64,000 nt of DNA, taken from the NCBI GenBank assembly GCA_001949185.1, contig BDGG01000011.1:140123-204122 (forward strand), in the 5' to 3' direction. The number at the start of each line of letters is the position of its first letter. The first letter of the stretch is position 1. This stretch comes from Ramazzottius varieornatus (taxonomy: Eukaryota > Animalia > Tardigrada). The notes below the pieces were generated by a model. It was not told the DNA's origin. It did no database searches and worked only from the letters and a program-made list of their open reading frames with translations. Positions 1-12,374 of the stretch are shown here, piece by piece. The position numbers were made by a program, and so were the translations under genes.

Positions 1-42
1 TAGTTGAGAGCGGAACAAATGAACGTACAAAATCGTTATCTC

Positions 43-161
43 AAGTGGCGCACGTTTTCGTTATTAATGGTTGAAGCGTGCGCCACTGGGGAAGACTATC
101 TTGTCGAGTTTGTTGAAGTGGTGCACGTTTTCATTATTGGTGGCTGGAAGCGTGCGCCACT
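43..161. repeat. Two tandem hairpin units (AGTGGCGCACG...CGTGCGCCACT); related copy near 22430-22505
   Basis: Units 43-87 and 116-161 each carry an 11-bp inverted repeat (one mismatch in unit 2). GGCTGGAAGCGTGCGCCACT and TCGAGTTTGTT recur in a RanBP9/10 intron. Confidence 0.55.
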
Positions 162-174
162 CATGATACGACAC

Positions 175-1002
175 CTACTCTGCACGGTTCCAAACAGGCT
201 CATCCAGCTCCTCTAGCAAATGGAAGGACTCGAGGAACGAACACAGCAATCGGCGGCGACCAAGCCCTACGGGAATAATTCCCAACAAGTGCTCCACACC
301 TTGTCGGAACAAGCAGCTAAGAAGCGCTTTACGGAGGAGAAAGCCACTGACACCATCTGTAGAAGTGGAAGAGCTGACCATGACGACCTGCTTTGTGGAT
401 GTGGACGCGTTTGCGTAGACGCTTGCTTCCGTGCTGGTCGACGCGTCGGACGTTGGTGGTTGCTCAACCGGATAGGGAGTTCCCCGCCTAAGCGCAGCAA
501 CCTCGCGCAGTAACCGTCGGTTCTGACGCTGGACTTCTTCTCGTTCCGCAGTGACGGCTGCATATTGCGCCCGGGTTGCTTCCAGCCCACTATCAAGCAG
601 CGTCAGCTGTCCAGTCAGGGCCGTGGCAGCCGATGTCCAGATGTCCATCGCGTCCACAGTGCCTTGGACGACAGGGGGACAGAGGTTGATGTTCCTCACT
701 ATTCTACTGCAATCACAGACGACACGTTAGAGCGAATTCCCAATGCCACGCAAAATATTCGGCAGAAAAAAGTAAAATTAAGAAAGCAGTTACGTGCACT
801 TCGGGCATGGTTTGCCGTGGCGGATGACCATGCTGAGGCAGCCTCGGTGGAAGAAATTTCCACATCCCCCATCAGCAACCAACTTCCCGCATAAGAACGA
901 GTAGTCTCGGTGTCCGTGGGAAGGTTCGGAACACCGGGGTACAGCTGGATGTCCAACAGGAAAGCGAGGCAGATCTGACATTCCATCTGCGGACTGTTGT
1001 TC
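175..1002 (-). pseudogene. RING-finger plus coiled-coil gene, frameshifted within the RING
   Basis: CQIC in one frame (~985) and CGNFFHRGC...CPKC in another (~870-797). A GTAACT...TTGCAG intron (~793-707) joins CPKCT to RIVRNINL and a heptad-like stretch (LEATRAQYAAVTAEREEVQRQNRRLLREVAAL). Confidence 0.45.
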
Positions 1003-2362
1003 TGCAAAAACAACACAAGAAAAATGTACGGCTCGGCGTATGCAGGCTCGTGAAACATGGGTACTTCTGGTCCGCAATAGCTGTACGCTGTAGTGTATGC
1101 AGGTACGTGAAACATGATCGCATTCTTGTTCGCCGATCTTCTGCAAAAAACCCCATTGAGCCAGACCACTCACCGTCATCAATGCAGCAAGTTCGACCGC
1201 AGAGCGGTCAGAGAAGTCTTTGAACATTTTCTGGGTGGGAGTTCCCTTACGGCTGTACCTGAAAACCGAGGGCAAATCGGCCGAGCTGTCTCAGGGAATT
1301 CGCTGTCAAATGCACTGAAGCGATTGCTGGAAGCTCTCACGCAAGGCTGCAACTACGTTTGATCCAAGACTCCGAGATGGCTGATCACTTTACGAAGTCA
1401 GGTAGGAAGGTCCGTCGACAGTCCTAGCAGAAAGGCTAACGAGCCAATGCTCCAGTAGAGATTCTACTGACAGCTGGTTGCCGGTTTTAGTGAGTCCGTC
1501 GTTTTGTTGCCGGTGCAAGTCGCAGCTGGCTCGAAGCTGAATAATGGATTTCAGGGTTTCTGGATAGGGTTGTGGTGGATACAGTGAACGCCGTTTATCT
1601 CAAGAGTTTTCGAGTGTAAAGAGTGGTATTCCACCTGATATTCTGCTTGATGAAAATTAGTAAAGGATCTGTTGTGTCTCTGCTCGGTCACACAGTTGTA
1701 CAGTTGCCAAAGAATCGATCTGTTACTCCTAAATGGCAGACGAAAACAGAACCCAACTAAAACGAACGTGCTCATATCGACAGTTATCGTCATCTGCTTT
1801 CCCCATTTCTGCAGTCGCACACGAGTCGAACGTTATCGCTAAACTGCATCGAAAATCACGGACACGATGCAATGTCAAATCGGCACTTCGCACCATCAGG
1901 GAATATGCGCATACGATATTTTCATCAGTTAGCCACTTGTCTGTTTACTACAAGAGTCGATTACTATTTGGGCCATGATCGGTATCATGGTCGGACGACG
2001 TTCTAAGTGGGTACTTTATCACGGTGAAGTGTTTCGGGTAAGGATACTTTAGGTTCACCGCAATCGCTCGGTAGCCCGCAAGAGATTACTTAGCAAACCG
2101 CAACAGTATATAGCTACTCGAGCGGAAACACAACATGAAGATAATCATCATACACTCCGCGCCAGCTCGATGAAATTCTAACGGCCGAAGTCGGCAGTGG
2201 CGACGGTACAAGTATACCTGAAACGACACGGTCCGTATAACGAGAAAAAGTCTCCACATATTCGGATCTTACAAATACAGTGATTCCTGTCAAAGTATCT
2301 ATTAATAACTCCGTAAATCACTGTCCACCACATAATTTGATTTGCCGTTTTTTACCCACACA

Positions 2363-3175
2363 ATGCAGGTAACGGGGTTCTTTGTGGTATGTGTACGAAT
2401 TTCAGTCATATTCCGCTGCGTAGCCGGGATTGACGTTCACCACATCAGAAGACCCCGACAGATACTCAGCCTTGCAGAAGGACCTCTTTTGACATTGCCA
2501 CTGGTCAATCGAGTTTCCTTGCAAGTCCCTTCTCCGACAGCTGTTTCTGAGAGTCAATGTTTTTCGCTCACGGGATCAACTCCACCAGCTGGATGCGCAT
2601 ACATTCCCGACATAGTCAACCCTCTCAACAATCAGCTTCTGTCCTGTCGCCTCGAATGTTCCGACCAGAACGTTCCGCTACAGCCATTCAGACCTGTACT
2701 CGGGTCTTTTCCCTCGATCATGCCTGAGTACCTCATCAGCAACACGTTCCAGGAAACCGATCAAACTAACATGGATCTTTTTACGGGAGACTCTTATGCC
2801 GTGATTTACCCTGCGACCATGACTACCATGCCCACCACCACTACAACGCTGAAACCTATCACAACGACCACCGTAGCAAAGTCCACTAAACCGTCCATTC
2901 CTCCGACTATTGGAAACATAGCAACTTGCATCTGTTCCCCAGATTTCGGAGTACCTCCTCCGCAATGTACGTGGACGGGAGACGGAAACGGGAATCCTCT
3001 TACGTGCATACCGTTCTGTCCATGCTTTTCCGGTCCGTGCGTCTCGGACAAAAACAATGAGCGTTGCTTGTTGCAGAAAGGCCCACCTACGCCCGGTTGC
3101 TCATACACTGGGTTGGGAACCGGTGACGGGATCACCCTAACCTGTCCGGAAGTCTGTGTGACACAGTGCCCATAG
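2363..3175 (+). CDS. Secreted Cys-rich protein with Thr/Pro (mucin-like) linker and repeated C-x4-5-PPxxC modules
   Basis: Single open frame with a hydrophobic N-terminus (MQVTGFFVVCVRISVIFRCVAG), TTMPTTTTT linker and recurring modules (PPAGCAY..LSC, PPPQCTW..LTC, PTPGCSY..LTC). Confidence 0.75.
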   Translation: MQVTGFFVVCVRISVIFRCVAGIDVHHIRRPRQILSLAEGPLLTLPLVNRVSLQVPSPTAVSESQCFSLTGSTPPAGCAYIPDIVNPLNNQLLSCRLECSDQNVPLQPFRPVLGSFPSIMPEYLISNTFQETDQTNMDLFTGDSYAVIYPATMTTMPTTTTTLKPITTTTVAKSTKPSIPPTIGNIATCICSPDFGVPPPQCTWTGDGNGNPLTCIPFCPCFSGPCVSDKNNERCLLQKGPPTPGCSYTGLGTGDGITLTCPEVCVTQCP

Positions 3176-4163
3176 AACTGTATGACAGTTGTGTGACAAC
3201 AGCTTTTTCTTGGCAATTCTTGTAGGTCCTAACACCGGGCATCGCAACGAGGTGAACATCATAATTCGGTAATATCGAATGTTAACTTGCAATTTGGACA
3301 AGGCAAAACTTTCAACACATCCGGCAACGCTACCTTGATTGATCATCGTGCGCTTTGTTGCCACAAACGCAGGCTTTTTGCCACTGCATCGACCACCTCC
3401 ACGCTCTCAGCGCCTATTTCTTCAAACTAAAACCTTTCTCGTCCTCAAATCAACTGCAGACTCTACTTTTTAGTCTCGAGAGACCAAAAACAGGCAAGTT
3501 GGTGCAGCAGAAGCTCAGAGAAGGACGGTCCGAATTACGATGTAAAAATCAATATGACCGGCTCGTGAAGTCTAGATCGTTCACGCACGACGAGAAATAA
3601 GGGGCCAGCAGGGGGGTGCGGAGGTCCAGCTTACGTACGTACTGATTATGCGGTCTGTTGGCACAACCAGTAACAAAGGAAACCGCAGACCTGCGTTACT
3701 CTGATGTGGCAAATATTTGTCCGTGTTCCAGCTGAGGTCCAGATTTGTAGAAATAATTGGATTGCTCGTTCGGTTTCCGCTTGTCACTGGCACAGGGCGC
3801 GATTGTCCGGATACCTTTGCACGACCACAAGAAAAAAACAGCTGTGCTCGACAAGTTGTTTACTTTCTTCAAACACTGGGACAGGAGGTATCCACTGGTC
3901 AATTCACCATGATACATACCTTTCCAGAAAAATTTCACGGACGTTCGTTTTATGTCATGGTCGAACTGTCCCTCGGGGCAAGAGACACAGACTAGATACC
4001 GACAAACGCCACACAAGTTGTCCTTCAAACTGATCTGACCAAGGCTTTTTCGCTTTTCATATATAATTGTAGGTAGGTCCTTAGTGCACTTCATTCAGTC
4101 TGTTAGATTTTGAATACCGTATGATTCAGAAGCCTAGAACCTTTTTTCAAGATAACCTCATTC

Positions 4164-4740
4164 ATGCGCAAGGTATTATTGGCAGCTCTTGACATCGTCT
4201 CGAGTTTTCCACTTTGTAATGCGGCAATCGTGCCTTCTCCACCGAAACGGGTGGCTCGTCAGGCTACGCTGTTTCCGGAGCCTTCCAGATTCTACCAAAT
4301 TTCCCACAGTCTACGCCTCAAGCTACGATCGAATGCGCGATCGCGATGGGTTTTACTGCTCCCGATGGCTATTTGGTCGTTCCCTCCAAGATATTGTTCT
4401 GCGACCTGGTTTGTCCATAAAGAAACGCGCTAACCTTCCGTCAACTGTCGTTCTCGCCTTCTTTTTCTGCATCGATCCGAACGGGTTTTCCGGCGGCAGT
4501 TTCAAAGTGACCGACAATACCAACGGCGACAGCTTGTTTGTTGGTGAATCGTTTGGTGTTATAACTCGGTCGATAACAACCACAGCAGCGAAAGCTGCGA
4601 GTACGGCGAGCCCAGCCACCCCGGCGACCTTACCGCCCGCAGCCGGGAACACCGCTTTTTGCTTGCACAGAGATAGACTGCCGTCCGTCGCTTCATCCCA
4701 ACACCGTCTTCGAGAATCCAGTAGCGTCGTAACTCCATGA
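4164..4740 (+). pseudogene. Decayed paralog of the 2363-3175 secreted protein
   Basis: Signal-like start in one frame. Another frame reads FKVTDNTNGDSLFVGESFGVI..TTTAAK..TLPPAAGNTAFC, aligning with FQETDQTNMDLFTGDSYAVI..TTTVAK..SIPPTIGNIATC. A frame switch is required. Confidence 0.65.
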
Positions 4741-5524
4741 AGTCCTCGTCATGATCACGAGTAATCCAGAACAATGTACAACAGGCAAAAGATAGATTTG
4801 GGCAAGTGAGGAGGTCAAAACAACAGCCTCAAGAACCAAACCAAAAATTCATCAGTTATGAATGCCGTGACAAACACGGTAAAAATCGAAAAGCAGGTTT
4901 GCAAGAAACAATGAGACTCATCAACGTCGGGCCGTGCTCCCAAAGGGCACGACACAGCGTAATGCGTAGGCTTGGTGCCTGTGCTGAAGCGAACGGCGTA
5001 TGCGCGCTATCAGAGCAGTTGTGCATCTGCTCTTTGAGCAGTTGCGCACTGCTTTCGAGCTCGCTTGCGTAAATGCATCAGTGGACTCGGGGAATAATCA
5101 GCTGACTGTTGGAAATTTCGCTTCTTTCTGGACGATTCCGTCTCGGAAGCTAGCTAGAAAGTTTGTAACCACATAGGAGGACAGCATTTATTCTGATTCT
5201 GGCTCTACTCCGACTTGCGTCGGGTCCATCAAACGCCTTCAGCACTTGGATTTTCAATGGGGCCTAATGTCAGCAGTCTAGTGCCCGACCCAGGCTGACC
5301 CAGCTCAGCACAGTGCTCTCAGTCGACCTCGCGGGTTAGAAAGAGATCGCCATGGCTCTCCTTCGTAGATCCCTTTGGCATATGGTCCTTGTCGGACCTA
5401 GGCTTTCTGGAAAACCTTGATTTTGATCGTCTAGCGAAACTAGCTAGTACTAATTCACCTGTTATACAGTAAAAGCAATCGGAAAACGACAGTTACTACA
5501 ACTTACTCGCGCTCGCTCGGTCTC

Positions 5525-6062
5525 CTCACAAGGGGATTATGTCTGTCCCCACCTCCCGACGGTCAAACCGTCCCGCCAAAGCGAGAGAGGAGAGCCTCTT
5601 CTATGACATGAGCCAGGGAGCGAAATCCCGCGATGATCCTGGAATGAACTATGGGACTCGGAAGTAAACGTCCATCGACCGCTCCAGTGTGCTGCAGTGA
5701 CGTGGAGTTTTTTGATTGGGAGTGTTGATTGAAGACAATGCAGATAAGCCGCTCAGCTGATCAACAGGATGGCTGAACAGCGTGCCATCCACCAGCTGAA
5801 GATGCCTGAATAGCACACGATCCAGTCTGAATCTGACGGAACACCTGATCGGCTGAATTGCAATTTGTTCAATAAAACGTCCATCAAAGAGCTTATGTTA
5901 CTGCACTATTTGATGTCCGTCACTTCCTAGTCCTGTAGTTTATTCCAGGATCGTCGGGGGATTTAGCTCCCTGGCTCATATCGTAGAATAGACTCTCCTC
6001 TATCGTTTCCGCGGGACGGTTTGACCGTAGGGAGGTGGGGACAGGCATAATCCCCTTGTGAG
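5525..6062. mobile_element. Non-autonomous TIR element (~540 bp) with ~145-bp imperfect inverted repeats
   Basis: 5525-5670 (CTCACAAGGGGATTATGTCTGTCCCCACCTCCC...) is the reverse complement of ~5917-6062. Confidence 0.75.
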
Positions 6063-6145
6063 TGGTGAGGACCCCTTGCTAGTAATTTATTTGAGCGAAA
6101 AATCTCAAAGACGACCCGCGAAGTTACACCCCGTTCACATCGCAT

Positions 6146-6450
6146 CGCTACCACCTGGCATCCCGACGTGAAAAGTTTCAGAATGCACCTTTTCGCCTAT
6201 TCCTCCACACCTGTTCGTCCAACTTTTCAAGGTGTTTTGACCAGTCCATGACTCGTCTCGTTACAGTAGGAGACAGCCTCAAATATTCTACTGAAATGAC
6301 TTCCGGTTGGGAAGCCATGCCGCAGCGAGTGAAATACAGTCCACAGAATTTCATTATTGAGAAGCGATACCCATCTTGCTGGGTTCCCCTATTCGACTTT
6401 TTGCACCCAGCTGAAAGTTCGAAAGTTATCGGAGCTTTCCTCACCGTCAG
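6146..6450 (+). mobile_element. Diverged partial copy of the 41594-42338 MITE family
   Basis: Shares GCTACCACCTGGCAT..TTTCAGAATGC..CAACTTTTCAAG..ATGACTTCCGGT.GGGAAG with 41610-41840 and with the reverse strand at 54180-54412. Confidence 0.55.
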
Positions 6451-7568
6451 AGGCTACCTGCACCATCCCAGAAAACGCAGATATCGCGACAAACGGAAGC
6501 AGTTTCAGGCACAATAAAATCCGCATTTCTGTCAGCCGATCGACTGTTCCCAAGTGCTCCTTCTAAGCCTCAGAACATTCGTAAGATTACGGGATGAACG
6601 AGAGCTGGAATCAAGATCAGGGTGATCGAGGAAAGGCGGAGGAAGGCGGTCAATTGCTAGAACTAACGGGAGCAGTCAATAGCGACGAAATTTTATCGTC
6701 TGAAAATTTACAAGTCCAAAATTTTGCGATTGCATCAGCCACTCACACACAGGCGCACAGCATGCGCTCGATCACGTATGCGCCGGTTGAGAAAAGTATA
6801 CGCTGGGTACCTGTCCGGCCCAAACGGAAGTACGGAATACACTTCGGTCATTACTTTGATAGGTACTTTTTTTTGGGTAAGGTAGCGGTGTGTTAACTGA
6901 TCTAGGTTCTTCGGTTTGACAATGATGTTTGAACAATTCTAATGTGGATGAAGCTATAGTTAGACCTCTAAACTTCCAGTTGAATTTTTCAAACTGCAAA
7001 CTTCCGTTCAGAAGAAGAGCGAGCTTTATCGCTACCATGATTAACATGCGGGCCGAAGGCGAGTTAGATGCTCGGTCAATTATCCTTGAGAATAACATTC
7101 CAGGAGCTCAGTTACTGGAAAACAATTTTTGAAAACGATGCAAAAGTTATGTAGAATGTGTTTTCCCAAATTTTATTTTGCACCTTCGTTTGGATCATGC
7201 ACAGCTAAGGCGTAGTCCATTAATTTTGTCAAACCTACGCTGACAGGTAGGGTGACGTAAAAACTCTGGGTCCACAAAACTGCCGTGGTAAAATCTTTGC
7301 GTCCGCGGGGTAAAGATGGTTGGGAAAATCAAAACTGCTTTCTGCTTAGTGGCAACATCTCCACACTATGTTATATCAGTTAGCCAAATGTTGGAATCGC
7401 TATCGGCAATACATCGTAAACATTTTCATGTCCTGAGGAAAAAGCTACAAAAATTCGGTATTTTCGCCTCGTATGAAAAAGAAAACGAGCATTCAATTGT
7501 GTATTAGGGATTCCCAGTCATCAAACCCGGACAACTGTTGGTGTAGTACAGTGGTCTATGTGTTTACC

Positions 7569-9092
7569 ATGACTTTCATCAGGATTTTCCGCTCTCTGGC
7601 TGTTTTTGGTGTGCTGCTGCCGAACTGCGTCGATCCTGTTCATGTAAATCTAGTTCCGTGTCCTGGGCGCGGTAACAGTCCGTTCGAAATCAACTGCATC
7701 GTTCCTGATCTTATTGACTCGTCACCGGCAGCCCCAATTACCGTCAGTAATTCAACTGAATGCCGCCTCAACCTTTCGAAGCTCATACTGTCCCTATTCA
7801 AACACTGATTGTATACATTAATAGAACAGATCGTCTACCCAGATGGCAGCAGCGTGGAGTACGGCAAGGAGCTCACTCTGCAAACTGTTAGCGTTCCTCC
7901 GAGAGCTGTTAGCTGGAATGCCGATCCTAACAGCCTCTATACCCTCAGTAAAACAGGTACACGTGTACCATCCCGACATCTTCATCGACGACGTCGTGTT
8001 GCGAAAATAGCCAATCAAACAATCGAAAAGCGTGGACGGGTTCGTGGGCCGACACAATCAGATGCCTTGATTAACTTGTCTGGCGCAATCGGCTGTTTAC
8101 CTCGTAGAGTTACAGGTCACAGTGTACGCCAAAATTGGTCACCTCAAACTGGGCCGAGTATTTGGGCGTATTTTCCCTACATGACGTATGTAAACAACTG
8201 ATTGCAATCCAGAAATCAGCAGGCCGTAGCTGTGGCAGCGTTCGATTGGTTAACCCCACCTAGGCTAACGCCCAGATTGGGATGACCACACTGGCGTACA
8301 CTGTAGATGCTTCTTCGCTCCATCGACTTTATTCGGTGATAGTAACGTGATATGTGATCTTTACCTTGGCTCCCACGTTTTTGATAGATTTTTTCGGATG
8401 GGACAGAGCGAAGAATGCTTCTGCTACAGGTTAACGAGGTAAACAGCTGACCGTGCCGGACGTGCGAATCAGTGCTTTTGAAGCTTCCGGTCCACGAGCT
8501 CCGCCGACGATTATCGCCTGTTTGACTGGCCATCTTTGCAACATTACTTTCTTAATCGGAGTTAACTCTGTTGGCAGATCCGGATGCTCCCAGTCAACAA
8601 AATCCTACAGTTGGACCAATCAACCACTGGCTAGTAGTGAATATTCCGGGGACCGATGTGAGCCGAGGCGACGTTATTAGAGAATATGCAGGAGCTGAAC
8701 CTGGCGAAGGAACAGGTTCGCATTACACTCCTTCCTCTGTCTGGTGCAATGCCGATTCAACAACCGATCTCGTTCTTACAGGACTCCATCGATATGTCTT
8801 TTTGGTGTTCGAACAACAAAGCGCCATAAGTCCGTCGACACCGACCAATACGGCTCTGAGGTCGAATATCACGGCTTTCGAAATTCGTAGCTATGCCAGT
8901 GAATATGGTTTGGGATATCCCATAGCTGGAAACTTCTACACTGCACAGTATAGCGACTTCTTGGCGGGAACTCAGGCTGAAAGACCAACTCCAGCCACGG
9001 TCACTGCAGTAGTAGTGGTATCGGGAGCTCAGACGATAGCAGCATCCTCCCTTGCAATCCTAGTAGCCGTTTTCCTGCAATGCTGTTTGTAA
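7569..9092 (+). CDS. Secreted phosphatidylethanolamine-binding protein (PEBP/RKIP family) with GPI-signal-like C-terminus; exons 7569-7742, 7830-7956, 8578-8715, 8782-9092
   Basis: Spliced frame gives signal peptide, VPDLID, YTLSKTDPDAPS, NHWLVVNIPG, GLHRYVFLVFEQ, AGNFY and a hydrophobic tail. All introns GT-AG and in phase. Confidence 0.9.
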
Positions 9093-9688
9093 AACTCGTA
9101 GAAAAGTTCTGGAGATTTTTTGTAGCGCGAAGGTGTGCCGTTTTAACCTACTTTCTAGTCCACGCTGTGGTGAAGAACCAAAAGTCTTGTGAACAATGAA
9201 TAGGCGCGCTTATCAGAATGAACCGCCGACGATAAGATAACAAAGTCATCGATAATTGTTAATTTGATGTCAAAGACCACGTGCTTGGATGTCAGTTAGC
9301 TCATTTCTTGCATTAGTTCAGAAGAACTTTGGCGTGGCCTAATCGAATCCGCTTCGGAAGCGAGATACTACCTCAGTGCTGCAGTGGACGTTTTTGTCAT
9401 CAAGGAATTCAGGAATGGAAACGGAATTCGAGGCTAAAGTGGCATGTACTGGTTAATCGCCGGCGATGCCGCCAGCCTTGAAAACCTTGCTCTTCACGTC
9501 GGAAGTTCTCATTGTCTTGTCCTCAGTACTGATCACCCCTGCTTTTCTGTACACCAGTCTGGAGTACCTATTTACCGCGGTTCTCTGCTGCTGGGCTGAA
9601 GCCGTTGGATGCCTCGTCTTCCTTCTCTACTTCGTCAGATACTTCAAGATCCGAAGATCCGAAGATCCGCCGCTATTCCTTCCTGATA

Positions 9689-10316
9689 CAGTCCGGTCGC
9701 TCGAGAAGTGGACATCACTTTCAGATTTCAAAATTGCAGAATTACGGAAAACACAACAGTGTTTGCTATAAGAAGTTTTGATTGATATTTCGTTAGTCCA
9801 TTCGCGCAATAGAAGCAACCTGTTGCTTTCACTTCTTGTTCTCTGCTCAAAGTTCCGAACATTCTTTTGCTTGTCGCACCGCGTCTTTGTCAGACAAACA
9901 GTGGAGATTCATGAAGACGTTTTCGGATTGAGGATTCCTTCGATAGACGGAGATGCAGTGGAGTATGTCTTGCGGATAACCATCGAACAACGAAAGGCAC
10001 TTCTGGTGGAGCCTTGCAACCGACAAATCCCTGTACCTAGAAAACTGGACTCGCTTACCACGGAAATGGCTCCGTGGTAAGCGACTCCAGCTATGAAATG
10101 ATGATCAAAGGCTGCCAGCACGACTATACGAAGCTGCTTTCGAAAATCTGTGCCTTTCACATGATGGAAAATAAGTAGTTGATTTACTCTCGTATTGATT
10201 GTTAGTGGCCTCTTGACGTCATCTCCTGCTGTTTTTTGGCAAGCTGTACGGTAAATGTTTGACTGGTGAAGAACAAAAATGGAAGAACGATGTCCACTTC
10301 TCGAACGACCGGACTG
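9689..10316. mobile_element. Internally deleted Tc1/mariner-type element (628 bp)
   Basis: 28-bp TIRs CAGTCCGGTCG(C/T)TCGAGAAGTGGACATC at both ends, each flanked by TA. Internal minus-strand RKRLHE-like transposase remnant. Confidence 0.8.
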
Positions 10317-10960
10317 TACTCCTCACAGCCATCAAGCAACACCAAGAAGCATACGGTACCTTAGAAATAGATGCAGTGACTATCGGGCTGTCCGAGCAAC
10401 TGGTGGCGACTGGATCAGCTGCGAAAACTTGTCCTCGCAGATTCAGTGCCTCTTTGTCCGTCCTCTGACTCCCAAACTCCCTTCCCAAGGCACTTTGTGT
10501 CCCGAATGACCGACAAGGGATGGCATACGGAACAGAAGAGACGAGATAAACAAAATGTCGGAAGAAATCGAAACTAAGTGGAATTTTCGAAACGAAATTT
10601 CGCGAAAGTTAACAGGCAGCCAAAAAGAGCACGTCCACCAGTCAAAAATCGAGTTTAACTTAGCTCCGCCTCCCCGTCTGGTCAAATCACAGAACCGTCT
10701 GGATCTTTTTATGGTTTGTGCTGGTGCGACATCAGCACATCGGATTCACCTCGCAAAACCCTCAGCTTCACTGGGAAGCCGACGATTGGCTGAGATTCAG
10801 CCACAGAAACATTTGTCAATTTTAAGGTGAAAAAGGCTTGTGGCAACAGGGTTGATCATCGTTTTGTCAGCCCTAACTGTGTTCCGCGAGACACGTGCTC
10901 TGGACATACAAGTGCGCCGTTCGCGGTGACCGGCTGTCGGCCTCATCACGTAGGATAGCA

Positions 10961-11988
10961 CACGTAGGATGGGTAAGTATGGGACAGTAAAAAGTATGGG
11001 ACAGGCGGAAAAGATGGAAAATTTGCATCCTAAATGCGAGCCAGCAATGGAAATCGAGCATATGACGTAAGGTAGTGAAATTTAATAGAATATCATTGTC
11101 GAAGATAATAATTGTTGTTAATGTGTATATTGATAGGCATATTACCCTTGACAGCTCGCAGTCGGACATGGCGGACTTGACGCACTTTGGTCAGCATAAG
11201 GGCGTTTCCGCCCTTAACGGTATTTCTCATTCAATCATTCGCCATGTCCCACTGTCAGCTCCTCCCGATCATGCCTCCTCGCACGTTCGAGTCTAACTAC
11301 ACATCTCAAAAGTGTTCTCGATACAATTCTCGATGGTCAAATTTAGTTGCGTTCTTTTCAACACGCGAACTTCTTACCACCATCCCACCCTCCATGCTCT
11401 GGTTATTTTTATCTCCAATAAAAATGGGGTCTCTGAGCTCGCTAACGGGACCGGTGCAGCTCAGAGGAGCAGGTGGAAGGCTGATGCGTCCAGCCGTCAC
11501 TTCCGCCTCGGTACGTCTACTACCTCTAGTTGCATCGACGACGCCCATCCATGAGATCAGACGATCCCAACATGCCCAACTCAGCATATTCCCGTTTCGC
11601 TTATCAAGATATTTTTACATTAACCGTAGAAAATTCTCATGGACAGTGCCCATCAGCCGAATAGTTGTTTAACTTTTGCCGCTTCGAGGCTGGGGACTGT
11701 TCAGTTACTTTCTTCCTTCCAGAGACGCTCGCGAATCCATATCGTTTCTGTAAGCGTTTTTCCATAATGTCCCAGCTCTCCAAGACCAATCAACCTCGAC
11801 AGCACCCCGAGAAAGCCTTGAAGGACGCGTTTTCTGCTATTCAGCACCTGCGTACAGCAAAGCAGCCTTCAGTGCTGGTTTTACTTCGAGTAAGAATCAC
11901 CTGCCCGTGCCGCCGTAGCGAAAAGACCTGTCCCATACTTTTTACTGTCCCATACTCTTTACTGTCCCATACTTACCCATCGTACGTG
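10961..11988. mobile_element. TIR element with repeated TATGGGACAG subterminal motifs (long member of the 29631/56781 family)
   Basis: CACGTAGGATGGGTAAGTATGGGACAGTAAAAAGTATGGGACAGG at left. Its reverse complement, with one extra unit, is at right followed by TA. Confidence 0.8.
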
Positions 11989-12057
11989 TACGGATCGCCA
12001 ACAGGACTTTCGCATCTCTCTTCCTCCGAACATAGCTGGCCCGCAAGGACATCCAGC

Positions 12058-12189
12058 CAGTGTTGTTTCGATACGACAGCGGAACTAATTCGAATCCGGT
12101 CGCCCATGTTAAGTCTATGGCTACAGCGGGCCATATCGGAATTGAATTCTGCATTATGCACTAAAATACATTGTATCGAAACAACACTG
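12058..12189. mobile_element. 132-bp hAT-type MITE, copy 1
   Basis: 17-bp TIR CAGTGTTGTTTCGATAC. 8-bp TSD CATCCAGC/CAACCAGC (7/8). Homologous to 46396-46527. Confidence 0.85.
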
Positions 12190-12374
12190 CAACCAGCTAT
12201 CTCGCCGAATGTTCTGCCACAGCCATACGGCTTTGGTCTGCCACCATCGTACGAGAAGGCTTTGAAATTCAATGCGGTCTATGACAGATCCATGACAGGA
12301 AGCTCGCCATAATTTTTTACCTTTTATACTGTTGGTGCGTTTGGCAGACCAGACACCTCGGCCTGTAGTTCTTT

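Noticed and set aside
3400-4100. Cys-containing minus-strand ORF 3696-4094
   Set aside because: No coherent domain, splice pattern or paralog was found.
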